Positions 9,592 through 19,756 of a stretch of DNA of 64,000 bases are shown here, one piece after another. Made by a program: the position numbers and the translations under genes. This stretch comes from Histomonas meleagridis 2922-C6/04-290x (Eukaryota > Protista > Parabasalia). Below the pieces are notes generated by a model. The model saw only the letters and a program-made list of their open reading frames with translations, was not told where the DNA came from and did no database searches. The stretch covers positions 186,001 to 250,000 of the forward strand of contig JAANOX010000042.1 of NCBI GenBank assembly GCA_020184695.1. The letters are read 5' to 3'. Every line of letters begins with the position of its first letter. The first letter of the stretch is position 1.

Positions 9592-12162
9592 TTAGATATT
9601 CTTCAAAAGCATTTGAAAGCTAAAGTCATTTTCTAATTCAAGTATTTGTGCAGAGTTGTCTAATTTAGGAAGCGGAGGTAATTTAATAAGGTTTTCATCA
9701 TCACTTTCTATATCACTTTCATCAGAATCGTCCAAATAAATATTTTTTGGACTTTTTGATGGTGAAATAAGATTTGCTTTTGTTGGAGTTATTATATTCT
9801 TTTGAATTTTATTGTTATTTTGCTGTTTCCTTAATTTATCATTATATGAATCATCAGTAATAAGTCTGTGACTATTTTTATTGTTATTCTTCTTATTGCT
9901 TTCATAACTATCGCTGTCAATTGAAATGTCTTCCATAAGTCGTAAGTTTTTATGTTGCGCTTTTGCTGATACATCACTTTCATCAGTGGAACTAACATTA
10001 GTAACTTGACGTTCTTTATGCTTACTATAACTTTCGTTCGTCATTCTATGTCTTTTAGATATATCATAACTTTCATTTGCATAATTACTAACGCTTGTCA
10101 TCCTGCGTCTTTTAGGTTTACTGTCGTTTTCATTAGTCATTTTATGTTCATTGTGTTTACTATAACTTTCGTTGGTCATTCGACGTTTTTTGGGTTTATT
10201 ATGGCTTTCATTTGTAAATGTTTCGTTGTCTAATTCAAATGCATTTTGTTCGTTGTTGGGAATATTTTCTTTTTCATTTTGTTTTGATTCATTTACTATT
10301 GGTCGAATTTTCATTTTCTTTAATTTTTTGATTTTTTCATTAGTTAGATAAGTAGGGAATATTTTACCAAATTCACAATAAAATATTTGATCTCCGTATT
10401 TAAAATTGTTTTTATTTCTTTCATTCAAAGGCTTTTTTAAGTTTTGCAATAATTTAAACAATTTAAAATATCCTTTTTTATCAACACTTAAACGAATTAA
10501 ATCATATAAAGGCCAAGAAACATATAAAGGGTTTACACGTTGGGTTAAAGATTCGAAAAAATTCATTAAAGTATCAAACGAATTAATTTTTGTACCATCC
10601 AAATTAACTTTTACTAAAGTTTTATTATCAATTAAAAATTGTTCTAAAGTTTGTAATGCTTCTTCATTAATATAATTCATACTTATATCAATATTTCTAA
10701 CACTTGATGTTAAAATCGAATTTAAAATTTTTAATAAATCACTTTCGTGAATTGAATTCAAATTAACGGTTTTAATAATTGAATTATTATTAAAAAAGTT
10801 TGTTAACGTTTCAATTCCTTTACAATTACAGAACGATACATATTTCAATGATTTACAATTCCTTAAAAATATAATTAAATCATTTGTAATTAGATTATAA
10901 TCCCAAATTAATTCAGTTATATGTGTTGAACTACATTTTTTAAGATATGCAAAAAAATCGTTTATATTAGAATCATTACATTTAGAAAGAGAAATTTTAA
11001 AATCATTTTTTATACTATTGCAAATTATATAAAAAAGTATTTTCAAATTATTAACATCCCAAATAACATTGTTTAGCCATAACTTACGTAAATTTTGTGG
11101 AAATTTTAATTTCATTGTTAAATCTTTTCCAATGTTTCCAGAAAGATCAAGATAACAAAGCTTTGGATGATTTTGTAGTGAATTTAACACATTTCCAATT
11201 GATAAATCACAATCAACAAGTGATAAACATCTTAAATCTCCAAAAAATGGAACAAATTCCTTAAAATTAAATTGTTTTTGAGTAATAGAAAAATAAAAAA
11301 GATTTTTAAACTCATTTTCTTTAATGATATTCATTGATTTGGTTTCGATTAATGAAAGTGATTTTATCTTTTTGTTTTGTAATATTTCTTTAATATCATC
11401 AACATTAATTAAATCATTTTCTTCAAATGTTATTGAGTTTATATCACGAAAGCTTGAAATGAAATTTTGAAGTTCGTTTGGAATCGTTTTATGGAAAATT
11501 AAATGGTTTACACACTGAAATGAATTGATGTTGTCTAAAATTGTTTGATAGAGATCATAATTCGAAAGTTTAGTAAGAACTAATTCCTTGGACCATTGCT
11601 GCATTGATAAACATTCAATTATAATGGGTAAAATTGGTGTTACGTTCTCTTGATCAATAAATGAAAGAACTGGATTTTGTTCAAAAATAAAGACTTTAAA
11701 TGGAATTGTGTATTCACGATCAATTTGCACCTTACTTGTAAAGCAAAAATGAAGAAAACGAAATAAAATTGTAAATGACGTTGGTTTTGCGGAATTATCT
11801 GTAAAGGGAAGAGAAATATTTGTTAATTCTTGAGGAGTCAAAAGTAAATGAAGATGTTCAATAAGGATATTAACTATTCCCATTGGATTTTGAGATTTGA
11901 ATTTAATTGGTTTATCATTTGAAATATTAATTATAATTTGTTGTTTCTTTCCTAAAGAAATAGAACGTATATCAAAAACTTGCGCTGAACGTATTGTAAT
12001 TGCTTTCTTTTTTGGTAAATTAATTTGAAGAATTAATATATATACTTCTGTTAATATAAGATAATATGAGTTCCTTTTGCTCGGTTTAGTGTATTCTATA
12101 TTTGAGTAAGCAATGATAGGATGTTTGCAATTTTGGATAAATTGTTCCAAAATTTCATCCAT
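9592..12162 (-). CDS. Leucine-rich repeat protein, CARMIL-like (PH-like N-terminus, RNI-type LRRs, disordered tail)
   Basis: LRR units LRCLSLVDCDL, LCYLDLSGN, VRNIDISMNYI and LVKVNLDGTKI, followed by a charged tail with repeats. Confidence 0.7.
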   Translation of the reverse strand: MDEILEQFIQNCKHPIIAYSNIEYTKPSKRNSYYLILTEVYILILQINLPKKKAITIRSAQVFDIRSISLGKKQQIIINISNDKPIKFKSQNPMGIVNILIEHLHLLLTPQELTNISLPFTDNSAKPTSFTILFRFLHFCFTSKVQIDREYTIPFKVFIFEQNPVLSFIDQENVTPILPIIIECLSMQQWSKELVLTKLSNYDLYQTILDNINSFQCVNHLIFHKTIPNELQNFISSFRDINSITFEENDLINVDDIKEILQNKKIKSLSLIETKSMNIIKENEFKNLFYFSITQKQFNFKEFVPFFGDLRCLSLVDCDLSIGNVLNSLQNHPKLCYLDLSGNIGKDLTMKLKFPQNLRKLWLNNVIWDVNNLKILFYIICNSIKNDFKISLSKCNDSNINDFFAYLKKCSSTHITELIWDYNLITNDLIIFLRNCKSLKYVSFCNCKGIETLTNFFNNNSIIKTVNLNSIHESDLLKILNSILTSSVRNIDISMNYINEEALQTLEQFLIDNKTLVKVNLDGTKINSFDTLMNFFESLTQRVNPLYVSWPLYDLIRLSVDKKGYFKLFKLLQNLKKPLNERNKNNFKYGDQIFYCEFGKIFPTYLTNEKIKKLKKMKIRPIVNESKQNEKENIPNNEQNAFELDNETFTNESHNKPKKRRMTNESYSKHNEHKMTNENDSKPKRRRMTSVSNYANESYDISKRHRMTNESYSKHKERQVTNVSSTDESDVSAKAQHKNLRLMEDISIDSDSYESNKKNNNKNSHRLITDDSYNDKLRKQQNNNKIQKNIITPTKANLISPSKSPKNIYLDDSDESDIESDDENLIKLPPLPKLDNSAQILELENDFSFQMLLKNI

Positions 12163-12172
12163 CCCTTATTAT

Positions 12173-12204
12173 AAACGGTTTCAAATGATGGCTGGAAACC
12201 GTTA
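12173..12204. promoter_or_regulatory. Oppositely oriented pair of M3/Myb-like motifs (AAACGGTT ... AACCGTTA) between divergent genes
   Basis: The two motifs are 16 nt apart, immediately upstream of the LRR gene. The same motif precedes many genes in the window. Confidence 0.45.
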
Positions 12205-12545
12205 AATTCTAATGAACTTTTAAAGTTCTTCCATTCATAGATCATGTTAAATCAAGATTTATCTTAGGTATTATCTTGACAACATGGGTTATGTTTGAAA
12301 CAATAATTCTTTAATTTTCTATTTACAAATAAGATTGAATTAATATTATCATTGTTTCATCATAAAAAAATAAATTAGATAATATTGAAATGAATTAAAT
12401 TAAATTTAGTTATTATATAAAATATTTTAACTGGCTGTTCTCCCATGAAATGATTTTTTCTTAAAAATCAGTACGATCAAAACCGCGCCGATATGTTCAC
12501 AAATTTGAACGCTTTATACAAAATTGACATATTGCTGATTTAACA

Positions 12546-14606
12546 ATGAAAAAGCAAATAAAAAACACAAATAAAATCCAAATACTTTGGTTACTTAAAC
12601 GAACAATTTCCAACTTGAAAAAGGAAAACATTATCCAATCAGCACATTCAATAATTAAAATACTTGATGATCATTATCCATTCTCTTTTAACTTAATTGT
12701 TAGTCAAATGATGTATTTATCAATACTAAGAAGAGAATGTGATTGTGATTTATGTTTTACTTTTTTGAAAGAGATTGAATTATTGGAAGAAACCATTTTA
12801 TCAATAAATCAAAAAATATTAAATGTTTTTTCACATTTCCTTCTAAAAAATTCATCACAAGAATCAAAATATCTTCTTGAAAATATGATTGAACATAATT
12901 TAATTGAATCAACAATCATCAAAAACAAGAAAATTCCATATTTTGTGCATTATATGACTGAAAAAGAATTTTTTAAATTATATTATATTGATAAGAAAAG
13001 TCATGAAAATCAAAATCCTTTTATAAAGAAAATCAAAGAAAATTATGAAGAACTTTCAAAGAATAATTTTGAACTTCATAAGAAATTAATTAAAGAAGGA
13101 CATAATCCAAATGAAATTGCGAAAATAATTCGAAATGATGAAATAGAAAAACTTCAAGAAATATCATCACAATCAAATTTTGATTTTAATCAAACAATTG
13201 AACCATCACTTTATGAAAGCTGTGATTTTATTAATAATAAAACAGTATCATTAATTGATTATGCAGCATTCTTTGTTTCAGTTAAATGCTTTAAATATTT
13301 ACTTATGAATAATGCAGATGTAAGGAATACAGGTAAATATGCAGTTGCAGGTGGAAATGAAGAAATCATTCACTTATGTGAACAACATCGTTCGACATTT
13401 GTAGATGCATATGAAACAGCAATTAAATTTCAACAAAATGATATCTTTAAATATATTTATGAAAATAAAATCGGAAAAATTGATAGTTTGGAAAAATTAG
13501 GAAAGAAATGTGTTTTATATCATAATTATTATATTTTTTCTTTTTTACTAAAACAAGGAATGAAAATCGATGATGGTATTATTAATGAATCAGCAAGAAT
13601 TGGGAATATTTTTCTCAGTGAATACTTTAGTGAGATTTGTAAAATGCCATCAGATATTTTATGTTTTTCAGCTGCTTCAGGGAACATTGAACATGTAAAA
13701 TATCTCTTAGGAAAAGGTATTTATATTAATTCCGAAGACGCTTTTAATAATTTATTTGGAATTTTTTGTTATAATTTTTTATTTCATAATAATGTTTGGA
13801 AATTATTTATAATATTTAAATCTGCACTTTTACATGCAACTCAGAATGGTAATATTGAAGTTGTTAAATTACTTCTTGAACTAAAATGTAAAGTTAATAC
13901 TCAAATGCGAGTTCATTACTTGTATTTGTCGTTTGTTTAAATGACTTTATCCTATCTTATTGATATATTTTACGTTTTTTTTATTCATTTTACACAGCAC
14001 TTATTTATGCATCAATGTTTGGTTACACAGAAATTGTTAAATTGCTTCTTGAACAAGAAGGAATTGATATTAATGCCAGGGATATTTGTAAGTTTTATTT
14101 TGGTTTTATTTTAATAATTTTGGATTTCAAAATAATATTTAGAATTTATTTAAATTATTTAATACAGCACTTATTAGAGCATCTTCAAATGGTCATACAG
14201 AAATAGTGAAATTACTACTTGAAAAAGAAGGAATTGATATTAATGCTCAAAATATTTACAAGTTTTATTTAAAATTTATTTTAATAGTTTTATATTTCAA
14301 AATAATATTTGGAAATTATTTAAATTATTTTGGACAGCACTTTTGATAGCATCTGACAATGGTGATACAGAAACAGTTAAATTACTTCTTGAACAAGAAG
14401 AAATTGATATTAATGCTAAAAATGAAATTTATGTTAATAATTTTATATTTCAAAATAATATTTGAAAAATTTTTAAATTATTTGATACAGCATTTGAAAT
14501 AGCATATAGATATTGTCATACAGAAATAGAAAAATTAATTATCGTGAGAAAAAGGGGAGAGTGGGCTAAAAGTCTTTTCGTCCCACTTTTACTAGATAAC
14601 GATTAA
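12546..14606 (+). CDS. DUF3447 + ankyrin-repeat protein, interrupted by AT-rich spacers (non-canonical introns, or a pseudogene)
   Basis: DUF3447-type SLIDYAAFFVSVKCFKYLL...YAVAGGNEEIIHLCEQ. Open ankyrin blocks at 13821-13910, 13994-14086, 14164-14256, 14334-14426 and 14487-14606 are separated by spacers. Confidence 0.75.
13743..14486 (+). repeat. Five related AT-rich spacers (78, 83, 77, 77, 60 nt), one in each ankyrin hairpin loop
   Basis: Spacers at 13743-13820, 13911-13993, 14087-14163, 14257-14333 and 14427-14486. Four share the core ATTTCAAAATAATATTT(G/A)(G/A)AA-T-TTTAAATTATTT; the 83-nt copy is more diverged. Confidence 0.85.
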
Positions 14607-14864
14607 TTTTTTTTTGAAAACATATGTTAAAAAGTTATCTTCATAACAACATTTGTTAGAAACTAAAATTAAAATCTATTAATTTTATTTATGAATGAAA
14701 GGATTGAATGATATAAAGACTTTGAACATTTATTTATGTATTTCTGTCTTTCCTTGTAAAAGAAGCAAATTTGCTTCTGAATAAAAACGATCACACTCGC
14801 CTCAAAAAAATTCAAAACCGCTAAAGCAATAAAGTACGATAGGATTTATCACTTTTTCAAAAAG

Positions 14865-15341
14865 ATGTCCTTAAACCCAAATCCAGTTGTATACGCAACA
14901 AGCGAATATACAAGACAAACAGAGGATAACTTAGATTCCCCAGAAAGAGAACCAATTGATTCCCTCGAAGTATATGAGTATATCCGTTTTATTCTTGATC
15001 CAGAACATCCATTTACATTAGAGCAACTCCATATAGTCTCACCAGATAGCATTATTGTTAATGACGAAGCTGGTTTTGTTGATGTTACATTTACACCAAC
15101 TGTTCCAAATTGTTCACTCCCAGCAATTCTTGGCTTATGCATTCGCGAAAAGTTATTACGCGTTTTACCACTTCGTTTTCACTCTAAAATAAGGATAACA
15201 GTTGCTGCAGGAAAGCACATTCAAGAAGAATCGATCAACCGTCAACTTCGCGATAAAGAACGTTGTCTTGCTGCCCTTGAAAGAAAGAACCTTCGTGACA
15301 TGATAGAACGTTGCATTGATAACAATTCTGTTTATGAATAA
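14865..15341 (+). CDS. CIA2: MIP18/FAM96 (CIA2) cytosolic Fe-S assembly component
   Basis: DPEHPFTLEQL, FTPTVPNCSL and INRQLRDKERCLAALE motifs. Confidence 0.93.
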   Translation: MSLNPNPVVYATSEYTRQTEDNLDSPEREPIDSLEVYEYIRFILDPEHPFTLEQLHIVSPDSIIVNDEAGFVDVTFTPTVPNCSLPAILGLCIREKLLRVLPLRFHSKIRITVAAGKHIQEESINRQLRDKERCLAALERKNLRDMIERCIDNNSVYE

Positions 15342-15460
15342 AATATTAAACTTTTTACTGTTCAGAAAAACCGCAAAACGCTATCGTCTTTAGCTAGAAA
15401 GGTGAACTCACTTTTGTTTTCCGATCAAAATCCTATCAAAAAGTGTGGACGGGCATTTCG

Positions 15461-15796
15461 ATGGGAGAGAAGAAGAAATTTAATGGGGATTTCCCACTTT
15501 TAAAAGATATGTATGATGACGACTACTACCCAAAAGAATGTGTAGATATGGTGAATAAATTAATTGTCAAATTAATCAATTATTTGGAAACTGGACCCTC
15601 ATCAATATCTGAAATTCAAAAGAAACTAGATGAAACAGTCATTGGAATAAATAAATTAATTCCAGTTTTTTATGACCATGGGAGTGAAATTGAAACAGTT
15701 GCACGTGAAAGTATTGCAGAAACAATTCGAAATATTCTTGAGTTTTTTAGTGTTAAAATAAACATCGAAACAGCGATAAGAGAACGAGATTGGTGA
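15461..15796 (+). CDS. DUF5713-like small protein (bacterial-type)
   Basis: MYDDDYYPKECVD...SEIETVARESIAETIRNILEFF...IETAIRERDW matches the recalled DUF5713 pattern. ATG at 15461. Confidence 0.75.
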   Translation: MGEKKKFNGDFPLLKDMYDDDYYPKECVDMVNKLIVKLINYLETGPSSISEIQKKLDETVIGINKLIPVFYDHGSEIETVARESIAETIRNILEFFSVKINIETAIRERDW

Positions 15797-15914
15797 CATA
15801 CTAAAAATAAACAAATACAATTTTCACATTATATTTTTTTTTTATCAAACAATTAAAACTTGAGCTTTAACTGATTTTTTTATCTTTATTCAACAATATT
15901 TATAAAAAAAATTC

Positions 15915-16931
15915 TTAATGCTTCCTTCCTCTTTTCTTGTTATCTCTCGGACTTCCTCTTCCTCCTTTTCCTCTAGCATTTGGCGTGCTTACTCTTGGTT
16001 GTGCACCTATTTTATTTGCTATTGACATACTTCCTGGCTCATGCGGGAGAAGTACAGGATAAATTTCTAAGTTGTTTCCCACAAGAAGGAAAGCCGCTTT
16101 GTTATTGAACTCGCCAGCATAACATGGCGCTGAAAAAACGGTTATTGCGCTTCGATCTGGCTCAAACGGATACTCGTAACCGCACATCACCATTTGATGC
16201 GCCCTAATTAATGTGGTGAGACCGTTAGCTTCGAGAAACTTGTGCAATGACTTTCTGCCCCACATAACTGTGTCACCACGCGGATTTGGACCCCATTCTT
16301 GGATCTCATTTGATGGATCAGACCAAAGGAGATCGGCAAGAAATCCTTTGTATGAAGCATCAGCTGGTCTAACAATTTCTCTAATTTGGTTTAATGATGT
16401 TAAGGAAGGAGTTAGGCCACCGTGAACGCAGAGAATTTTGTTGGAAATAAGAGCGGCTATTGGAATCATTTCAAATAAATTACAAAAATCATTGAAAATA
16501 CCACGATTAGCTTTAGTTGTGCATTCAATAGAAAACCCATATTCTTCGGTGACTTCTCGAGTTTCGTGATTCCCTCGTAGTAAATATACATGATTTGGGT
16601 ATTTGACTTTGAGAGCTAGAAGAAGACATATTACTTCTAGACCCATGGGTCCACGATCAACATAGTCTCCAAGAAACAAGTATCTTTGGTTTGGAGGTTT
16701 TTCATTCATTTGAAAAATTCTTAGTAAATCTGGAAATTGTCCATGTATGTCACCACATATAGTAATTGGTGGGTGTAATTCTAGCATTGATGGCTCGTTT
16801 GCAAAAATTTTATTTGATGCCTCTATGAGATTTGAAATGACTCCATTTGGAATTCGATAGCGACAATTATGGTTGTTAAAAAGAGCTGATATTAATTGAT
16901 CAAATCCTTGAGATTCATTTTGCTTTTTCAT
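15915..16931 (-). CDS. Ser/Thr protein phosphatase, PP1-like (PPP family)
   Basis: GDIHGQ, GDYVDRG, RGNHE, HGG and FSAPCY motifs are all present. Confidence 0.95.
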   Translation of the reverse strand: MKKQNESQGFDQLISALFNNHNCRYRIPNGVISNLIEASNKIFANEPSMLELHPPITICGDIHGQFPDLLRIFQMNEKPPNQRYLFLGDYVDRGPMGLEVICLLLALKVKYPNHVYLLRGNHETREVTEEYGFSIECTTKANRGIFNDFCNLFEMIPIAALISNKILCVHGGLTPSLTSLNQIREIVRPADASYKGFLADLLWSDPSNEIQEWGPNPRGDTVMWGRKSLHKFLEANGLTTLIRAHQMVMCGYEYPFEPDRSAITVFSAPCYAGEFNNKAAFLLVGNNLEIYPVLLPHEPGSMSIANKIGAQPRVSTPNARGKGGRGSPRDNKKRGRKH

Positions 16932-17086
16932 CCAAAATTTTGGTTCGCTGACTTTAAACGTTCGTTACCGGTCACAAAACCAAAAAACCAGTTTGAGAAG
17001 AGGTGAAGTTCACTCAGAGGAAGCTAACATGATTTTATCAATAGATCTTTCGTATATTTTATTTCTATTATAAATGCATTTTCGTA

Positions 17087-17205
17087 AACTTATTTTGTGA
17101 TTTATACTCTATTTTATGTGGATTTAAAAAAGATATTTTCATTTTATTTATTTAGTTTTTTCTGTTATTATTTGGTCATCGATTACACCAAAAGTGACAT
17201 TATAT
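17087..17205 (+). repeat. Dispersed AT-rich interspersed repeat, copy A
   Basis: Shares TTTATACTCTATTTTAT, ATATTTTCATTTTATT, TTTTTTCTGTT and ATTACACCAAAAGTGA, in order, with 42891-43010. Confidence 0.7.
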
Positions 17206-17459
17206 TAATTTATTGTAGACTGGAAAAACAATTTGACTGATTTTAATAAAGGAATCCAAAAAAATTCTAAAGTGGTCGTCATTGAGAGTTTAATGTATGA
17301 AAAAATACTTTCCAGAAATCAAGTTTTTTCAAAGATACGGCATTAAAAATGAGATGTGGTATATATAATTTCTGTAACCTAAATAAAAAAATATACAATC
17401 AAATGAATAAAAAATTGTTTATAATTACTGAATAAACGAAAATGTTTTTTTACCGATTA

Positions 17460-17930
17460 TTAGATTGATATCGAAATGTTTTTATCTGTGACAACTTTCA
17501 TCTCAACTAATGGTGTGGCAATTTTGTTTAGGACCTGGTCAAGGAATCGAGAATAGTCATCGAAATCAAAGGAAGAATAAACCTGGTCTCCAACATTTGG
17601 CACACTCAGGTGTGATTGTGCTGACATAATAGGTATATTTTGGAACGTACTTACATCAATGTGTGAAAAACATTCGGTGAATTTCTGTTGCCTAGATAGC
17701 TCTATATCAGGTGCAGCTGATAGGGAAAGCTGTGTTTGCTCTATGATTCCACCATCGTAAGATGAACGCCTACGGTATGGAGTTGAATTTGTATATTGTT
17801 CAATAGAAAAATAATTACTATTTGAATTATCTGCTGGTACACTTCTTTGTTTTGGTTTATTAAGAAGAGGTATATCTATGAAATCTTCTTGGACTGAATA
17901 AACTTCTTGCTTCGAGTTGCAACAGCCCAT
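17460..17930 (-). CDS. Hypothetical protein with predicted N-myristoylation/palmitoylation (MGCCNS)
   Basis: MGCCxS dual-acylation start; otherwise low-complexity. Confidence 0.7.
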   Translation of the reverse strand: MGCCNSKQEVYSVQEDFIDIPLLNKPKQRSVPADNSNSNYFSIEQYTNSTPYRRRSSYDGGIIEQTQLSLSAAPDIELSRQQKFTECFSHIDVSTFQNIPIMSAQSHLSVPNVGDQVYSSFDFDDYSRFLDQVLNKIATPLVEMKVVTDKNISISI

Positions 17931-18154
17931 CTTCCTGAAACGGCCTTATTCCGAAGTTTACATTTCGTAGAAAAAGTTTTAAAATTTAATTTAATTAAAA
18001 ATGATTCAAAACCATTTCTTCACTCATATTTCCAACGAGAGCAATTGAAAACATTTTATTTCAAGAAAGAAGTCGCATTTAAAATTATCATTCAAAATTT
18101 ATTTGATTATGTAACTTAATTAGAATGCATACAAACAAAAGAACAACTTTTTTG

Positions 18155-19495
18155 TTAAATTGTTACGACCATTTGCATCAACACGTCTTCTCTTTCACTA
18201 TACATTCTTCTATACATTCTCTGGTCGAACAATTGCGCAATTGACACAATCATTCTCGTTTCGTCCGAGCCTATTCCGATTTTCTCGCAGATTTCTTTTG
18301 CAGGTTTCGGCGAAACGAACAAAGCGCCTGTTTCGTTTAGCAGTTGGTTTACTGCTTCCATCAAAGCAACGGCCTTATTTATCATGCCGCCAAGTTGTTG
18401 CTGGCACGCAATAGTTCTCATTTGTATTGGTAACTTCTCGAGATATTGGACAAATCCTAAAAGAGGTCGAGTTCGAACGGGCGGCGCGATTCGATAACCT
18501 TTTCGAATTTTGGCTAAAATTACTTCGGCTTCTTTCGATGTAATTTTAGGATTTAATGTAATGTTGTTCCGATATTCATTATATGATATGTTGTGAGAAT
18601 CAATGTTTTGTGGTTTGATGATCTTTCGCTCCGATAAAATGATATATGTCCATGGCCGATTAAATTTCATGAGATCGTCAAATGGAAGGCCACGAGATGA
18701 TTGCGGACGAACAACTTGCAGAAAGAAACCAGAGATAGGTCGGTCATGCGGTGTATCACTACTTAGGCCCCGTTGAAATGGAAGAAGGAAATGTGCTAAA
18801 AAATTAAAAAGTGGATGGAAATCAGGTGTATTGGTGGACGGAATCTCAATGACAGTGGTCATTTGAGTCTCAATATGTGAACTAAGTGCAAATGCAAGAA
18901 AATCAAGATCATTGACAAATGAATCTCGATCTCGTTTTGTGGGTGAAACATTGTTGGTTGTTTGAAACATGTTTGTAATGTTGATAGGTTGGAGTTGAGA
19001 AATGCCTCCTTTGAGAAGATATGTAAGTTCTGTACTATAATCTATAATTTTGGGAGTGAGATTAGACATTTGCTTGATCATCCCTGATGTTATATAAAAC
19101 CGGGCGTAATAAGCAATTTCTTTAACTCTGTTAGTAAGTATGCTATTGATTGATGGATTATTTATAATTTTATCGGATTGAATAAATAGAGCAAAAGAAT
19201 ATAATGTATCGCTACTTTTGTTTGAAACACTAAATGAAGAGGTTACCATCACAGTTTTTGAAATAGATGTATTAATAATTGAAGTTGGAAAATCACGAAA
19301 ATTAGCATTGACCTGAAACCTCATGTTCAGTAGTGGTATTTTAAACATGTCTTCAATATCTGTGATTGGATCTCCTCCTTCTACTTTCCAATTATATATG
19401 ACTTTAATCCCAATAGCAACATCGTAGGCCGCAATTGCTAAACCTAAAATTGGGCTTTGTTCTGGTAGGGATATTAATGTTTTTTCCCAGTTCAT
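18155..19495 (-). CDS. C9orf72-like divergent DENN-fold protein
   Basis: SPILGLAIAAYDVAIGIKVIYNW parallels C9orf72 SPLLAATFAYWDNILGPRVRHIW. GFFLQVV...LPFDDLMKFNRPWTYI parallels GLFVQGL...LPFRQVMYAPYPTTHI. Confidence 0.65.
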   Translation of the reverse strand: MNWEKTLISLPEQSPILGLAIAAYDVAIGIKVIYNWKVEGGDPITDIEDMFKIPLLNMRFQVNANFRDFPTSIINTSISKTVMVTSSFSVSNKSSDTLYSFALFIQSDKIINNPSINSILTNRVKEIAYYARFYITSGMIKQMSNLTPKIIDYSTELTYLLKGGISQLQPINITNMFQTTNNVSPTKRDRDSFVNDLDFLAFALSSHIETQMTTVIEIPSTNTPDFHPLFNFLAHFLLPFQRGLSSDTPHDRPISGFFLQVVRPQSSRGLPFDDLMKFNRPWTYIILSERKIIKPQNIDSHNISYNEYRNNITLNPKITSKEAEVILAKIRKGYRIAPPVRTRPLLGFVQYLEKLPIQMRTIACQQQLGGMINKAVALMEAVNQLLNETGALFVSPKPAKEICEKIGIGSDETRMIVSIAQLFDQRMYRRMYSEREDVLMQMVVTI

Positions 19496-19756
19496 TTTCT
19501 GTATTGTTTTTTTATACGATAGGGTTTGGAAAGTGACTATTTTGAATGCATGAATTGTATAGTTTACACGTGTGGCTGTTTATATAAACACTGTTTAAAC
19601 GGTTGATATGCGCACAGTCAAAACAAATAATTTTTTTTATCAATTGTGAGTCAAAAAATAACAAATAGGTACACACATATATACTATATAAGAATATTCA
19701 ACAAAAAAATATTTTTTTTTTTTTAAATCAACATTTTATCCGAAGAATTACTATTT

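Noticed and set aside
14088-14167. Canonical GT-AG intron (GTAAG...TACAG) in the ankyrin gene
   Set aside because: Splicing restores the frame but deletes the conserved TA of TAL and shortens the repeat. The sister spacer has ACAAG at the same place, the CAG is simply part of the ACA-GCA (Thr-Ala) codons, and there is no CTAAC branch motif.
14560-14587. GC-rich hairpin AGTGGG...CCCACT at the ankyrin 3' end
   Set aside because: It is a short stem inside an open reading frame, with no second copy seen.
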